Below, piece after piece: positions 25,394-40,114 of a stretch of DNA of 64,000 nt. Positions within the stretch are counted from its first letter, which is position 1. The number at the start of each line of letters is the position of its first letter. Source of the stretch: Octopus vulgaris (lineage: Eukaryota); NCBI GenBank assembly GCA_951406725.2, contig OX597815.1, positions 90,644,001 to 90,708,000 on the forward strand, in the 5' to 3' direction. The notes beneath the pieces are model-generated. The model searched no databases. It was not told where the DNA came from and was given only the letters and a program-made list of their open reading frames with translations. The translations under genes and the position numbers were made by a program.

Positions 25394-26719
25394 TGTGTGT
25401 CTGACAGGTTTCTTTTCAGTTTCCGTCTACTAAATCCACTCATAATTGCTTGGTCTGTCCGAGGCTATAGTAGTAGACACTTGCCCAAGATGCCACACTG
25501 TGGGACTGAACGCGAAAACATGTAGTTGGGAAGCAAGTTTCTTACCACACAGCTACGCCTGATATATATTTACACACACACATGTATGTATGTATGTATG
25601 TATGTATGTATGTATGTATGTATGTATGTATGTATGTATGTATGTATGTATGCATGTATAAAATCGAAACCGAAACTTCAGTTTCTTGGACTGCGGCACG
25701 TTAGGCTGTGGCGATTTGACTTCCTTATATAACAAAATATTTGGAAAGAATTGTGTTCCCGAATGGTCTCATTCGCAAAAATATGGGATTTGATTGATTT
25801 GAAATTGTTTCGTTTGGACAAGTTGGCATGATATTAGGGATGGGCTGGACTTCTGGGCTGGGCTGGGTTTTGGATATTAGTGGAACATGTACAAGATATT
25901 AATGGAGACTGGAGACGGTGAGAAGGAAGAGTGGGAATAATTATCATTACATGTTATATTAGCTCAATTGTTCAACTATTTCCAGGCAATGGCACGCAAC
26001 CATACATGCCTGGAACATCCACTTATCGAAAATATCAACCGAAAAGTCATAGTACTCGCACAAAAAAATTACCTAAAATTTCTAAGAGAAACTATGTATT
26101 TCGTTACATGAAATCTTTGGAACGTTTACTTTGTAGAATTGTCCAAAGAGAAAACAGTGAGATAACAGTGAAACTCCTCAAAGAAATAAGATTATTTTAC
26201 CAGTTGAATTATTCGAAACATGCCTATTTAAAGTCTTTAGAAGCACACAGTTCAAAACATTTTACAATATTCAATATTATTCAAAGTATAATTTAAAACA
26301 TTCAAACACTCAGATATTTTCGAATAGTCGAACAGAACTAAAAACTGAGGATTATTGAAACATTAGATCGACAATAGCTTTGTTATTTAAGATCAATAAG
26401 AGATGTTATATGAAAAAATATCTTGATTTTGAAATGTAGTAGGAAAGTTTTATTTAAATGTAAATTTAGAGTCACAAAGTTATACGAAGAATCACAAATG
26501 GTATATAATTTAATTTCAAAGGCAGATTGCTTTTAAGAAAATGTTTCTCAACTTATGAAAACTAATAATAAATGTTTGCTTAAATTCAAATATAAGTATT
26601 TCAAATCTAATCATCCACGCCTCTATTTCATAACCTCACAATATTATATGAAGATAACAATCAACTAATGATAATTGCACATTTATTTAGCGCCCTAAAT
26701 AAATATATATATATATATA

Positions 26720-27166
26720 CCGTAAATCCTCGAGTATAGTCCGCCCTTGAGTATAATACGCAGGAGATTTGGTGAGAGGGCTGTACCTCTGAAAAACTTA
26801 AACCTTGTGTATGATACGCGCCCCTTCTCTAACTTGAGTCAAGGAGGTCTAAATAACGTCCTTGATTTGTAAGAATGTACACGGTAAGGTCCCTTAGTAT
26901 TATTGTATATATAACATAATGCAAACGTGTAGCTTTTTATGCATTTTGTTTGCAGAAATAAAGAAATAACAGTAATAACGTTTAATAAGGTATGTTCACG
27001 CCCGACATCACAAAATGCGTCTGAATAAACATTGCCGGACAGCAAACAGAGACTTAGACATTGCTTAGATAATATTTTTCATTCTTAACCTCGTATATAG
27101 TACGCAGTAGGGATTATGACCTTTAAATTTTGGGGAAAAATGCAAATTATACTCGAGGATTTACGG
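26720..27166. mobile_element. pogo/Tigger-like MITE (Tc1/mariner superfamily)
   Basis: Perfect TIRs CCGTAAATCCTCGAGTATA / TATACTCGAGGATTTACGG flanked by TA; no transposase. Confidence 0.88.
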
Positions 27167-28226
27167 TATATATATATAATGCATAAATTCACTCAGACTG
27201 ATACCAGAGATTATTTTCACCTCATCTTCCAACTCGCTGCTCCAAGCAGGAAGTTAGTGAATGTATCAGGCTGCATCATAATTCGTTAATCCGTAATCAA
27301 AGTAGTATTGCGCTCTAGAAAATATATATCATCTTTTGACGGCTATTATTGAATAACGATGGAGATTTTTTTCCTTTCATGCTACATAACTCAGCATATG
27401 AATTCATGTGCCTTTTCACATTACTTTAAATTGTTACGCTCTTCAAATATTTTAGCTAAAAACGTTTTGGACAAAGAAACTTCAAAATGGTGAAATTTGT
27501 TGACATAACATTACTTTACATATTGGAAAATACCAGCAACAAAGGAAACCGAAATAAAGTTTACAGTATATCTATAAGAATTCAACTCCTTAAATGTTAA
27601 TCTCATGCTATCTAGCGTTTCGAACAAGGTAACTTCATGTTACAAAGTAGCAGACTATTCTAAAGAATGACTATTACGTTTTGGCTCTAAGCATATAAGA
27701 TACTTTATCAACAACATTGAAGTAAGTCTAACGGATTTTATAAAGCCAGAAAAACGACACTATTAAATAAACTTTCTCGTAACTTAGTTATAAGCGTATG
27801 CATAAATAGAAGATCCATAAATTTAGTAAACACACACTTGGTAAATAGTCTCAAATTTCACTGAATCTTTAACAAAAAATGATTAAACTCTTCTATATTA
27901 CCGTATAGTACAGTTAATAAAAATATATTTGACAAAGAATCGCTGGGGTTTATATAACATCGGTGATTCTTTGTCAAATATTTTTTTTAATACTCGATCC
28001 TTCCTGTATCCTATATTGTAAATTGAAATTGCATATATGTGGCGTTATGCCTATTTGATTATAGATGACCAATAAGTTTCTTTGTCTAATGCACTAATGA
28101 GATACAAATAACTAGATATCGCCTCGTCCCGCCGTTGCTAGCATACAATACATATTTATGTGAGTGTGTATATGTACACACACGTAAACGCACATACACG
28201 CATACACACACATATGTATATATGTG

Positions 28227-28280
<54 letters not shown>

Positions 28281-28348
28281 GAAAGAAAGAAGGGAAGAAA
28301 GAAAGAAACAAGCAAACAAACAAACAAACAAACAAACAAACAAACAAA

Positions 28349-28382
<34 letters not shown>

Positions 28383-31300
28383 AGGAAAGAAAGCAAGAAA
28401 GAGAGATTGAGCTGAGCAACAATTTAAAACAGTGTGCTTTATAAATTCTTTAATGTATAATTACCATTTGAATAATTGAAGACATAACGTTAAAGAAAAG
28501 CAAGAACGTGTAGTCTCTATACTTCATTTCTTCATGCGATGAATTGTGTCAGTTTAATGTAAACAAGACAAGATTGCTGCTGCTGCTGCTGCCGCAACTG
28601 TTGATGCTGCTGCTGCCGCAACTGTTGTTGCTGCTGCGTACCATCTTGCAGTAGTAGCTTCTATACCTTTTATCTGATTATTTTTCTCTCATCCGTTGCG
28701 TGCATTCTTTGTTACACTCACTTTACATGGCTATCATTTTCTTACAGCTAACATAATTTTCATTTCGTTGAAAACGCAGCTACAGGAATCATACGTAATA
28801 TGGAAAACTTAAATCAGTTTTTAAAGCAAACAAATTATTCTACAAATACTGTAATAGTAATTAAAGACAGTTATACTGATATTTTTTAGAACGTCTTTCT
28901 ATCTATCTATACAAATAATACATTGAAATCTTTATAGTTGTAAAAATTACAAATGGGATGACGGACTCATTTTTATTGCAATATTTTTAGTTCAGCGGAT
29001 AAATCAATGTAATTTCTTAGTTTTTAAGATCATCTCTGCACAACGATATTGTCATTTATTATTATAACGGTGAGTACTAATATAGTATTATCATTGTAAG
29101 GATGAAATCCTGCCACGATCAATATGTGTTATCTGATGTTTCGTCTCTATGCTAAATGTCTGTAGTATTTCCGTATTTTCATTGTCTAAGACAGAGAGAG
29201 ATTTATATACGTTACAAAGATTTTCATTTCAACAGTTGAAATTTTTTCTCAGATTTTCTGCATTATTACGTCTTCAAGTATAATCAGAATGAGCTAGTTT
29301 GATATGTGATGTTTTGTGTTCTTTCAGAAACAATACCAAACAAGCAACATTTGTCATCTTGCCTATATGAAGTATAGATATTTCTTGCAGTATGTCTTAA
29401 AGTTACTGCCTCTTTAAGAATGGCGAATGGTACTGCTTCGATGCCACACTCGTGTAGAATGTCTACGTCGAGACTAGGGTAGCATTAATTTGATATTACT
29501 TGTTAGAGAAGGAATAGTGCAAGGTATCAACAATTTCAACCAGTCGGCCTTATAGTGCACAGATTGTGATCTCCACTATCGACCTAAAGAGAACATACAA
29601 TCAATTTCCTCATACTCGAGGCTGAACGCTTCATTTCTGACGTAGCTAAAGTGACGGGATTGGTGAGTTAGTTTCATGACTGTTGACGGCGACGCTCTAA
29701 TTTGGGAAATTAGAGAAGAATTTAGTGAGGGAATTAGGAGTACGAATTAGAAAAGATATAGTGATATTTCTGCTACCTGTGATAATAGTAAATAACCATG
29801 TCATCATTGAGAAGCACGAAGATTCTCTTGGCATTGCTTAGTTGCGTGCGTTAATATATATAGAAATGAAGAAGCTGTAGGTCGATGAAGCACCACATAC
29901 AACAGCAAGATTAGAATTTGATTTTTGACGAGTACGTGCTTCTACGCATTTTCATATACTTCTTGGGGCCGATTTGCTGAGTCGGGTAGAGCGGTAAATC
30001 AGGGACAGCAATTGAGTTTAATTTCTATTAAGATGTCCTGCTGCAACACTCGATATCATATTTTCAAAGAACATATTTTCAAAGACCAGCGTATTCTTTG
30101 AAAATATGATAACAGCTGCTATACGATTGCGCTAATAGCTTATGTGGTGGGGTGGGGGAATTGCTTGATTCAGACGATCTACCTAACGAGATCTTAAGTG
30201 AGATCTACTGCAACAAATAACCAAAGGAAAGAGTCGGTAGTTTGATGAGACGGAGTGTGGTATCTTGGTTATTTTATTTTATTCTATTTTATTTAGAGTC
30301 AGTGTTACTTGTCGCAAGCAACAGGTGCTAAAAAATATAATACAATGAAATTGTTTCGACTATAATGATTCCGTTTTAACATATTACATCTGTAGTATTT
30401 TGAGTACATTATCGTTTATTAATAGAAATATTGCCTGAGCAATGTTTCGCGTTATTAGTTAACAAAGCGCAGTTAACTAATAACAGTATTATTCTAGTGT
30501 AAAGGTTCCAATAGTTCTATCAGCCAAGCAGGTTTCTGTCGCACTTCCTGACCTCTACGTATGCATAGCTCTTTTATTTTAATTGGTTTAGCTTTCTTTT
30601 GAAAGTAAACGGATTTTCAACTTCAATAACTATTTCATGACAGCGGAACTACAATTTTGGGTGCCGACAGTAAAACAGAAGCATATTATTAGATCTTCAA
30701 CTAAAGCATGTTCACTTTTAGACAAACGCCCATATAAATCTTTTAGTTTTATAATTTTTAAACTATTTCAGGAAATAGTTTATGTATGAAATTTTTAGTT
30801 GTTGATCTTTCGAAATCTGCGGGTGATGATCATGTTTAAACATTTTGGGTACACTAGTAATTGTTTCCTTTAATTGTATCTTGTACGTTATCTTCAGGAT
30901 ATGATATTATATTTGATCTCTTTAGTACACTTCAATTCTAAAGTTAATGTTTCTTTTCAATTAAACACAATGCTGTCTAAAGGTAGATTAATACTGAAAC
31001 TAAATTGCTTTATTGGAAACATAATGTACTGGAAATGAATTACAGATTAATTGTATGCCTTTAGACTGCAATGAATATATAATAGAATGTGTTAGTTATG
31101 ATATTGCGTGACTGGAAACGTGCGTAGGCGAGCAATTTGTTCGTTAAAATTGTTCATCACTGAGACTGGGAATAGTTTGAAATTTGCAGTAGATACGTCA
31201 GTAAAATAGTTATAGCATCTTTTGTAAGTGACATTTAGAAATTAGACTGTTGAGGTAGATTGAAAACAGGGACATATGTGGCCAATTAATTACAGGAGGA

Positions 31301-32993
31301 TACTTGATGTAGCAGATTAGTAAAGCTAGAAATATTTAGAGCCTTATTCCTCGATGAACTAAAAGTACATTTTGTTCATTTTAAGAAATAGATTGCGTGT
31401 AATATATTGTAGAAAGGTTTCTTTTCATGAGTAAGTATAACATCTATAACCTTTTGAGCACTCTTGAGACTCATATTGTTGGAAAGGAGAAGAAAACTAG
31501 GGCACATAGATTGTTAGGCGAGAAAGTAATACAGCAATACGTCAAGTTATTGTCAGAGCAGTCAACTCGTCCCTGAATGGTTGTGACAGAATGAACTCTG
31601 CTAAAGGCACTAGTCAGGAATAGGTGTAGATTCTTTAATAGGGTTTAGCAAGGAACTCAATAACATTTAAAGCTTGTCTAGATTCGAGTCTACGGCAAAC
31701 GTTGTTTTCTCGAGGTGACGTGGAGTATGAATCTAACGAAACAACGTGATTTTGAAGCGAATGTCTTTAACACAAAGTCATGATTTTGATATGAAGCAAG
31801 CATAGAATATTTTCGCTGAATGGAAGTGCAGAAAGTTTTATGAACGCCATAGAAATGTCAGCTTTTGAAAGATTCTTTTGTTTTGCTATTACAGAGAAGC
31901 GAATTTTACGAACCTGTGTTGCTGTCTTCTTTAATACCAAATCGATCATAATCAAGTGGATTTATGATGAAAAACACTTCAGCTATCGTTTGCTGCTTTT
32001 GTAGGTATAGATAACATCGTTGGGATACAAATTTAATTATAACATGTAATAGAGACAGCAGAAATACATTGGAGATATGGGACCAGATAGCTGTGTCAAA
32101 CAAGAAAATATGAGTAACTTACATGATTTCGATATTAGAAGATATTGTGAATGGTTTCAAATATGCTGACAAATATGCTGAATAGTAAATAGTTTATTTA
32201 AATTGTCTTTCATACTTTACTAATGCTTACAGTATTTTTATTTACATGTTTCTCAAAAGTTTCCGTCGTTACAGCACTAGTAATGACAGAAAATTAATAA
32301 TCAAGAACCAATCACGAGAACATATTCAAATTGCTGCAATTATCTCATTTATTATATATTATTTTAAAGTATTTCAATACATTCTCTTGTGCGTTCATAG
32401 ATGTATGAAATATGAAAAACAGAAACCCACTTTGCTTAGCGTACATAATAATATTTTCTGAAATTATAAAACATTTCCAACGAAGAGTGCTTTTGAACCA
32501 GAGTAACATACCTGCAATAATAGATCACTGCTATTGAAGTTTAGGTTCCAGTTTTTTATGTTATATCCTTTTGAATTATATTGCTAGTGTCATATAGGGA
32601 AGCCTAAATACATATCACGACTACACATTTATCTATCTCTTTCTGAAGTTACTCTGATAGTTGGCTTCAACTGAGAAACGAACAGCATGTGAAGCTTTAA
32701 ATTCCCTAGTTGAAAATAATTGGAATTGAATTAAGAGAAGAAAATAGCAAAATAGAAAAAGAATAATAATGACCAACAGAAAATAGATCACAACTTCAAC
32801 CATACCAGAAGACTCCTTTCAACAGTTGTGTTACAGGACAACTAAGCAACACTAAAAACAAAAAAAAAACAATGCTATTTCAACCATCTCAGAAAAGTTT
32901 TTCTTTCGTTTCTTTTTTTCCATTCTTCTCCAAGCCGCCAAAGATTCACTACACATGCATATTTGCACTCACATAGACACACAAACATGTATA

Positions 32994-33041
<48 letters not shown>

Positions 33042-33131
33042 AACACACACACACACACACTCACACATATATATATATATATACATGCATACATACATCT
33101 CTCTCTCTCTCACTCTCTCTCTCTCTTTCTT

Positions 33132-33164
<33 letters not shown>

Positions 33165-33169
33165 CTTTC

Positions 33170-33606
33170 CTGGTAAACTGACGGCAATCTTTCGTCTCTA
33201 GTAGACCTTTCCGTCGATTTCCGTAAAAAAATTTTTTTTTTTTACATATGGGCTTGAGGGAAATTTCTCCCCCTCTTCTCTCCCTCCCCCTCTTCTCCCC
33301 CTCCCCCTCTTCTCCTCACTACACCACATGACTTTACACATCACATCACATATGATGTGCCATACTAATACACACACCAACTAATACCTACTAATACGTA
33401 CTAATACATACTAGTACATACTAATACTTACACCAACCCTATACATACACACGTCCAGACCCCGCATACGCACTTATACTCTGACACACACACACACACA
33501 CACCTATACATACCAATACGTACTAATACATACTAATACATACTAATACATACACCAACCCCATACATACGCACGTCCAGACCAATCTTACGCACTAATA
33601 CTCTCT

Positions 33607-33641
<35 letters not shown>

Positions 33642-34010
33642 ATACATACTAATACATACACCAACCCTATACATACACACATCCAGACCCCTCCCACGCA
33701 CTTTTAGCTGGTCCCTCAACCCTTTTATCAACCCTATTATCTCCCCTTATTTCGCTCTCGCGTCTCATGTTTGATCTTTGACCTCTGGCCGAAATCAGAT
33801 CGCCATGTTGATTCGTTAGCTACTGCACGCATTTTTTTCTCTCCTTCTTTCTGTGTTTTTCTCTCTCTGTGTATCTTTCTGTTGAAGAGCGTAGGCTCGA
33901 AACGTTAAAGACTTGTTTTATTTATATTTCCTGAGCGCCATACTAATACAATTGTTCGTTTGTTTTCCACCTGCCTTCGTCTTTTGTTTATTTTCATAAA
34001 GCTTCCCGTT
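33170..34010 (+). mobile_element. Non-coding PLE-like element between TA runs, with internal minisatellite (33360-33700) and minimal HHR-like motif
   Basis: Three imperfect repeats of tactaatacatac..accaaccc.atacatac.cac.tccagacc; HHR-like motif at 33874-33911. Confidence 0.55.
33874..33911 (+). ncRNA. Atypical minimal hammerhead-like motif
   Basis: TCTTT-CTGTTGA-A-GAGC gtag GCTC-GAAA-CG-TT-AAAGA. Decayed homolog at 24694-24726. Confidence 0.5.
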
Positions 34011-35039
34011 ATATATATATATATATATATATATAAGTCAAATTTTCTGTAAAAATCATTCTTGATGAATCTCGGAAACGAAACGAAAGCGTTAAATAAA
34101 TAATTAGCCAAAATTCTGAATACCTCCTGTTTCTTAATCTATATAAAATCTGTACACGACTTCTAACAATCTTTATATATATACATTTGTGTGTGTGTGT
34201 GAGTGTGTGTGTGTGAGTGTGTGTGCATATGCATATGTGTATATGTGTACGCGTATGCGTGTATGTGTGAGTACCTGTGCGTGTATATATGCATACATAC
34301 ATTTGTTTGTGTGTAAACATGTATACATTTATATATACACATGCATGTGTGCGTGTGTGAGAGTGAGTCAGTGTGTGTGTATATTCTAATACAAGAAGAT
34401 GAAATGTACAGGCTTCATTACATATCACTGCAGTTGTTTCAACGCATCATTATCAGATAAAGGTTAGATAAATTATATACAGTTTTGTACATATTAATAT
34501 ACTTCAACAATAGCTGTATAGATGCGTATGTATACAGGTATTGTTGAATCATATTAATGCAATATTACATATGAATTATGTCACATTCAACACTTAACAG
34601 ATGATAATGGTGCGTTGAAATAATTGTAGGGATTTATAATAAAATGTTTAATCCATCTTCTAGTTTTAAAATTCGTTCATGATCTACAAATGTTTGCTGA
34701 TAATCACATGAATATCCAGTAACAGAAGTCCCCTATTATAACAGTTGGTAGCCGATAATCAGAGAGAAGCTTTGCAAACCGCACTAGAAGTTTATTACCC
34801 CGATTATATTAAAATATATATGTATGTATTTATGTTTACATACATATATACATGTTGAGTAAGATCATGATTAACTGACCCCCCTGTATTTTCTGTTACA
34901 CTAGGCCAGGGACTTCTCAGCAACCCCGCGTATGTATGGATGTATGTATGTATGTATGTATGTATGTATGTATGTATGTATGTATGTATGCATGTACGTC
35001 CTCATAAATACATTATACTTCAGAAATAGAGCAGCATCA

Positions 35040-35400
35040 GATTTGAGAAAAGATAATTCTGAACAGATGCGTTTGACTGGCCGTGTTACCTGAATGGAAG
35101 CCGGAGGGATCCTTTAAAGCACTATTTTATAGGGAACTGACCAGAGGGAAAAGGCCACAGCATAACCCAAGAAAGTGATTCCGAGATGTTAAAAAAGGCA
35201 GACGCAAAAATCTGGAGGCATGTGTGGAGACCAGTGAAGACTTGACTAAAACACGTGCAAATTGGAGAAATGCTGTCAAGAAGACATGTCTATGAGCATG
35301 CAGTTTTCAAGTGATCATTCAGTATGCAAAACTCGAGTCCAGTGTCTAGAGAAATCCAATGAGAACTGAACTGCAGTGTGCGTGGATTATTTCTTCTCTC
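35040..35400 (+). mobile_element. RTE-clade LINE 3' fragment, degraded
   Basis: Conceptual translation resembles the RTE C-terminus QLRW.GHV.RM...RIPK.LFYGEL..GKR....P.KRF.D (ctattttatagggaactgaccagagggaaaagg...ccaagaaagtgattccgagat). Confidence 0.6.
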
Positions 35401-36734
35401 AAAATCTGGATTAGGTAAGAACATAAAATCACACGAAGCAGGGAGAATGAAGCAAATTTCGAGCTGGTTCTACAACCTCGTCCTTCGTCATTCATTTGTG
35501 GCTAAATTGGTAAGTTGGTGACCTGGCCGGGCATCGTAAAATACATGAGGTCACAACTCTGCCGGTGATGCCAGAGGACTCACTGTTCTAACATTACATC
35601 TTTGAGTGTGCTCGCAGTGTGGAAGCTAGTCTTAAGAGCGAACGGCATGCACATGGCCATGCAAGCTTCAGTGAAGTGATTGCACAGTTCTGATTTGAAG
35701 GAACGATCAGCATATGTATAAGTGTGTGTGTCTGTGTGTGTGTACGTGTGTGTGTATGCGTTTGAATGGCTCCATTTAAACTAAGTTAATTCTCAATTTA
35801 ATTTCAGTTGTCGGTCTAAATACGAAAAGAACTTTATGCTCTACAATATATTCAATATATTAGTGTATAAAAGAAACAAATATTTTGTCAAATCTTCCTC
35901 GTTAACCTTTGTAGAAAAACCCTGGTAGAGGTTGATAAAATATATACATCATCATGTATTCTATAGACTATACCTCCTTTCTTCTAATTTACTTGTCTTG
36001 CAGAAGGAATACCTTAGAATTTCTTACGATATGATCGCTGTTTGTGAAAATACACTTCTTTAAGCGATAGCAAGGTAGAAATATTTACAACGCATCTTCT
36101 GTCATATCAGCCCATGCTATTGTACAATAATATAAAAGATATTCGCAGCAGTTTGAAAGAGTATTTCACAGACTATGAAGCTATCAATGAATATTGGTTG
36201 CAATACAGTAATACCTTCAATAAAAAAGAAAAAAAAATCTTGAATTGCATGAGATGGGAGGCAGAATCGATAAACAATATCTGAATTAAATGTTAAATTG
36301 TCAATAGTATTTTGCTTCGGAAAAATATCTACACGTAGATGTGTGTCAGCCAACATAAATTCTATATATAACTGCTTATGTTTGCGTGTGAGTAAGTGCA
36401 TATGTGCGCTATGTTGAAAAACCGACTGTGTTATAATCTCATCTTTCTTCTTATAGTTCTTTCTCATATACTTCTATAAGTTCCTCGCATTTTATCTGGA
36501 ACAGTAAAGTTTTTGAACACGTTATCGACAAACTTAGTATAACAACTTAAGGAGGGAAATTTGAATTTGAAGTTACTTCTTTATAGTAAACAAGGCTTAT
36601 GTGATTAATGTAGGCGTTACCGCTGCAATATTTATATGAAAATATAAAAAAGATGAAAGTTTAACTATAGTGATTTCAATACATACTTAAAGGGATAGCT
36701 CTACATATATATACATATACACAAACTGGTAGTT

Positions 36735-37047
36735 CGTTAGTTGCGACGACGAGTGTTCCAGTTGATCCGATCAACAGGAACGGCTACTTGTGATATTAAC
36801 GTGCAATTGGCTGACCACTCCAGAGATGCGCCTAGCTTTAATGTAATTCTCAGGGAGATCCAGCGTAACACAGAATGTAACTATATTGGTCCTTTGAAAC
36901 ACAGCTACTACTCATATTTAGTAGCAGAGTGGACTAGAGCAACGTTAAATAAAGTGTCTTGCTCGAAGGGACAACGAGCCGCCGGGTATCGATATCACCA
37001 CCTTGCGATAGTGAGCCGAATACCCTAACTACTGAGTCAATCGCCTT
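36735..37047 (-). mobile_element. tRNA-derived SINE (family D)
   Basis: Minus strand: gactcagtagttaggg...tcgatacccgg...gagcaagacacttt head and core. Related fragment at 52240-52410 (-). Confidence 0.6.
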
Positions 37048-37879
37048 CATACTTATTGATACATACATACATGCACACATACACACGCACATGTACAACA
37101 ATGTATATTTCGGCTTTTATTTGTTTCAGACATTAGACTCCGGCCATACTGGAGGACCGCCATGAAGAACATTTTAATCAAATGAATCTACCCCAGTTCT
37201 TATTTTTAAAAGCTTGGTACTTATTCTATCGGTTACATATGCTGGACCACTAAATTATGGGGTCATAAACACACCAGCACCGGTTGTCAATCAGTGACAG
37301 TAGACAAAAGCAGACAGAAGCACACGCAACCACATGCATACTCTCACCTACGCACGCACGTACACACACACACATAAAATTAATCAAAGGACATACCAAG
37401 TATGTCTACCTGCTGGAAATAACTGTCAAGACTTTTACTTAAATCGCCAAAATATACTGATAATAACTATAGAAATCGACCGTCCGAAGGTAATCGGGCT
37501 AAGACAATCTATTAGCATACATTCAAGTATTTGGACTCATGTGGACCGGTTTCTGGACTGGCATAATAGCCTCACCTTCCTCAGCACTCGTTACCATAAT
37601 AGAGAGCACCAACATGTCACGCAGAAGTTTTAAATTGTTACACTAGATAATAATAGAGTCAATGATACCATCGCAAATTATTTTCCTCGTGAATTATTTG
37701 CTCCGTATTGAAATCATATATTTATATATATTTGAGGGGCTTCTTTTTCTTTCAGTTTTGGTGTACAAAATCCACTCGTGGCTATAGTAGAACAAACATG
37801 CCCAAAGTTCCACACAGTGGAGCTGATCTCGGAACTATGTGGCTGGGAAGCAAACTTCTTACCACGCAGGACATGCCTG

Positions 37880-37938
<59 letters not shown>

Positions 37939-37997
37939 GTCTATATATATATATATTTATACACACACACACAAACAAACATACATACATACATACA

Positions 37998-38030
<33 letters not shown>

Positions 38031-38079
38031 GCATCCATGCATACATACATACAGACAGACACACAGACAGACAGACTCT

Positions 38080-39990
38080 CTATGATGTTGTTTCTACTTT
38101 CCGTAAACCCCTTGTCAGTCATGTCAAGGCTGAAGGATATCTCACTGGTTCACAAGGAAATAGAAATACCAAAATTACACACTGTTTCTTTGTGGATGAC
38201 TTAAAACTTTATGCAAAGAGTATGCATGAGATGAAAAGGAGCCTCGATCTAGTTACAACATTCTCAAAAGATGCCAGGCTGGAGTTTGGTCAAGATAACA
38301 AATTTTGTATGGTTGTGAAAAGGGGGAAAACTATAAACAAGACTAGAAACATCTCCATCAATGATTTCACTGCTTCCCCTATATCTGACGAGGCATGATA
38401 CAGGTATCTAGCAGTGGATGAAAATTTATCTTACAATGCACGTGTAACAAAACACGTGTCACTAAAGAATATTACAGCCGAATAAAGAAAGTTTGTACCT
38501 AAGAACTCTCTACATTCAATAAAACAGTGGCTCACAATGGATTTTCAGTGCCAGTACTCACACCAATACTTGGGCTGCTTGATTGGACACTTGATGAGAT
38601 CCGAGTCATTGATGTGAAAGCCCGCAAAATACTAAGAAGCACGCATAATTTCCACATAAACAGTGATGTAGACTTCAAACGAAAACAACGATGCAGAGGT
38701 TTAACATCGATCCAAAATGCCTTTGAATGTCGTATCATATCACTTTAGCAACATCTTTTAACCCCCAAGTGTCGAAGTGCATCCCTTGACCAAGTTCGCA
38801 TACATGAGGCTAATAACCTCATAAGACTTGGAAGGCAGCTCCTTGAGCAACAGTCTTTGTCTTATAAGCGAGAATACGTGCGCAAAGAAGTCGCACGACT
38901 CTACTGCAACATATCATCAGATGAAAGGATGAACCAAAATGAATAGAAGTCTATACATGGATATCTTAGTAGAAATCACCGGGATGATAGTAATATCCCT
39001 CATGAAAACAGTTTATCATGGACCATTAGCCGAATTACTACCTCCCCTATGGAAGTGCATGTGTTTGCAATCCAGGAACAGGAAATATCAACCAAGTACC
39101 TGATGCAGGAAAAGCCGTAAAATGTCACAACCGATGAAGACTTTGTGGAGTTCACACTGAAGATATTACGCATATCATAAGCAGTTGTCCGAAAATGTCA
39201 TCACGATATTATCTACCGATGAGACATGACATTGTATCTAGGACACACTATAATGAAATCTGTCGGAAGGATAAACCCGACGACAAAGAAATAAAAACCC
39301 ACAATATGGCAGAAGCCATAGCCACTCATATAAAAAGGAATACTGGTGGAATGTACTAGTGAAGACCTCAATAAAATGTAAGCACAACAGAACTGATATA
39401 ATGATTTGAGATCTAGAAGAGAAACTGTGCAGAGTTGTGAAACTGTGTACAGTTGCTAGCAGATGTTAACATAAAGCTGAAGATCAGTGAAAAAGGGAAC
39501 ACTTATGCTGAACTACTGAGAAATCTACAGTTACTCTATCCAGAATACAAGTTCAAGTTTATACCTGTAATTATTGGGGCCCTGAGATATGTAACACACT
39601 GCCTGAATACCATTCTTGAGAAATTAGGCTTCTCAAAACCAGAAAGGAGAAAGCTAATTCGAAAACTACAGATCCAATCCATCACTGGAACTGTGAAAAT
39701 GTGTAAAACTTTCCAGAAGTTTATCATTTAAACATTTATGTGCATGCTTAGATATACAACTATATGCATGAGAATTCAAACATAAAAGATACAAATCTCC
39801 ACATAGATGCATACATACATACATACATACATACATACATACATACATACATACATACATACATACATACATACATACATACATACCCTGTTGATGATGC
39901 TGAAATGCCAATGATGGACCCTTGGATCTCGGTTAGAAACCCGTTCTTTCTCTATTGGCAAGAAATCTAGAAATAAACTGAATAATGACA
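38080..39990 (+). mobile_element. R2-superfamily (R4/Dong-like) RLE non-LTR retrotransposon, 5'-truncated and degraded
   Basis: RT motif HCFFVDDLKLYAK..FGQD; AIQEQEI; Zn-knuckle remnant EDITHIISSCPKM..MRHD; C-terminal FIPVIIGAL..LQIQSITGTVK; many stops and frameshifts. Confidence 0.85.
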
Positions 39991-40082
39991 TAAATATATA
40001 CATCCATCCATCTATCCATCCATCCATCCATCGATCCATCCATCCATACATACATACATACATACATACATACATACATACA

Positions 40083-40114
<32 letters not shown>

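Noticed and set aside
30054-30112. Hairpin tatcatattttcaaagaa/ttctttgaaaatatgata with a 14-bp internal duplication
   Set aside because: AT-rich and best explained by local duplication or repair; no support for function.
29400-32110. Possible very old LINE remnants (for example TAIWSHIS..., LSALPFS...)
   Set aside because: Similarity is too weak to assign boundaries or family by eye.
33360-33700. Repeated units with variable spacers (CRISPR-like at a glance)
   Set aside because: Degenerate eukaryotic minisatellite with irregular periods and no cas genes.
39905-39962. GCCAAT...ATTGGC stem with TGATG and GAAAC strings in the LINE 3' UTR
   Set aside because: Does not satisfy the hammerhead core; probably an ordinary 3'-UTR stem-loop.
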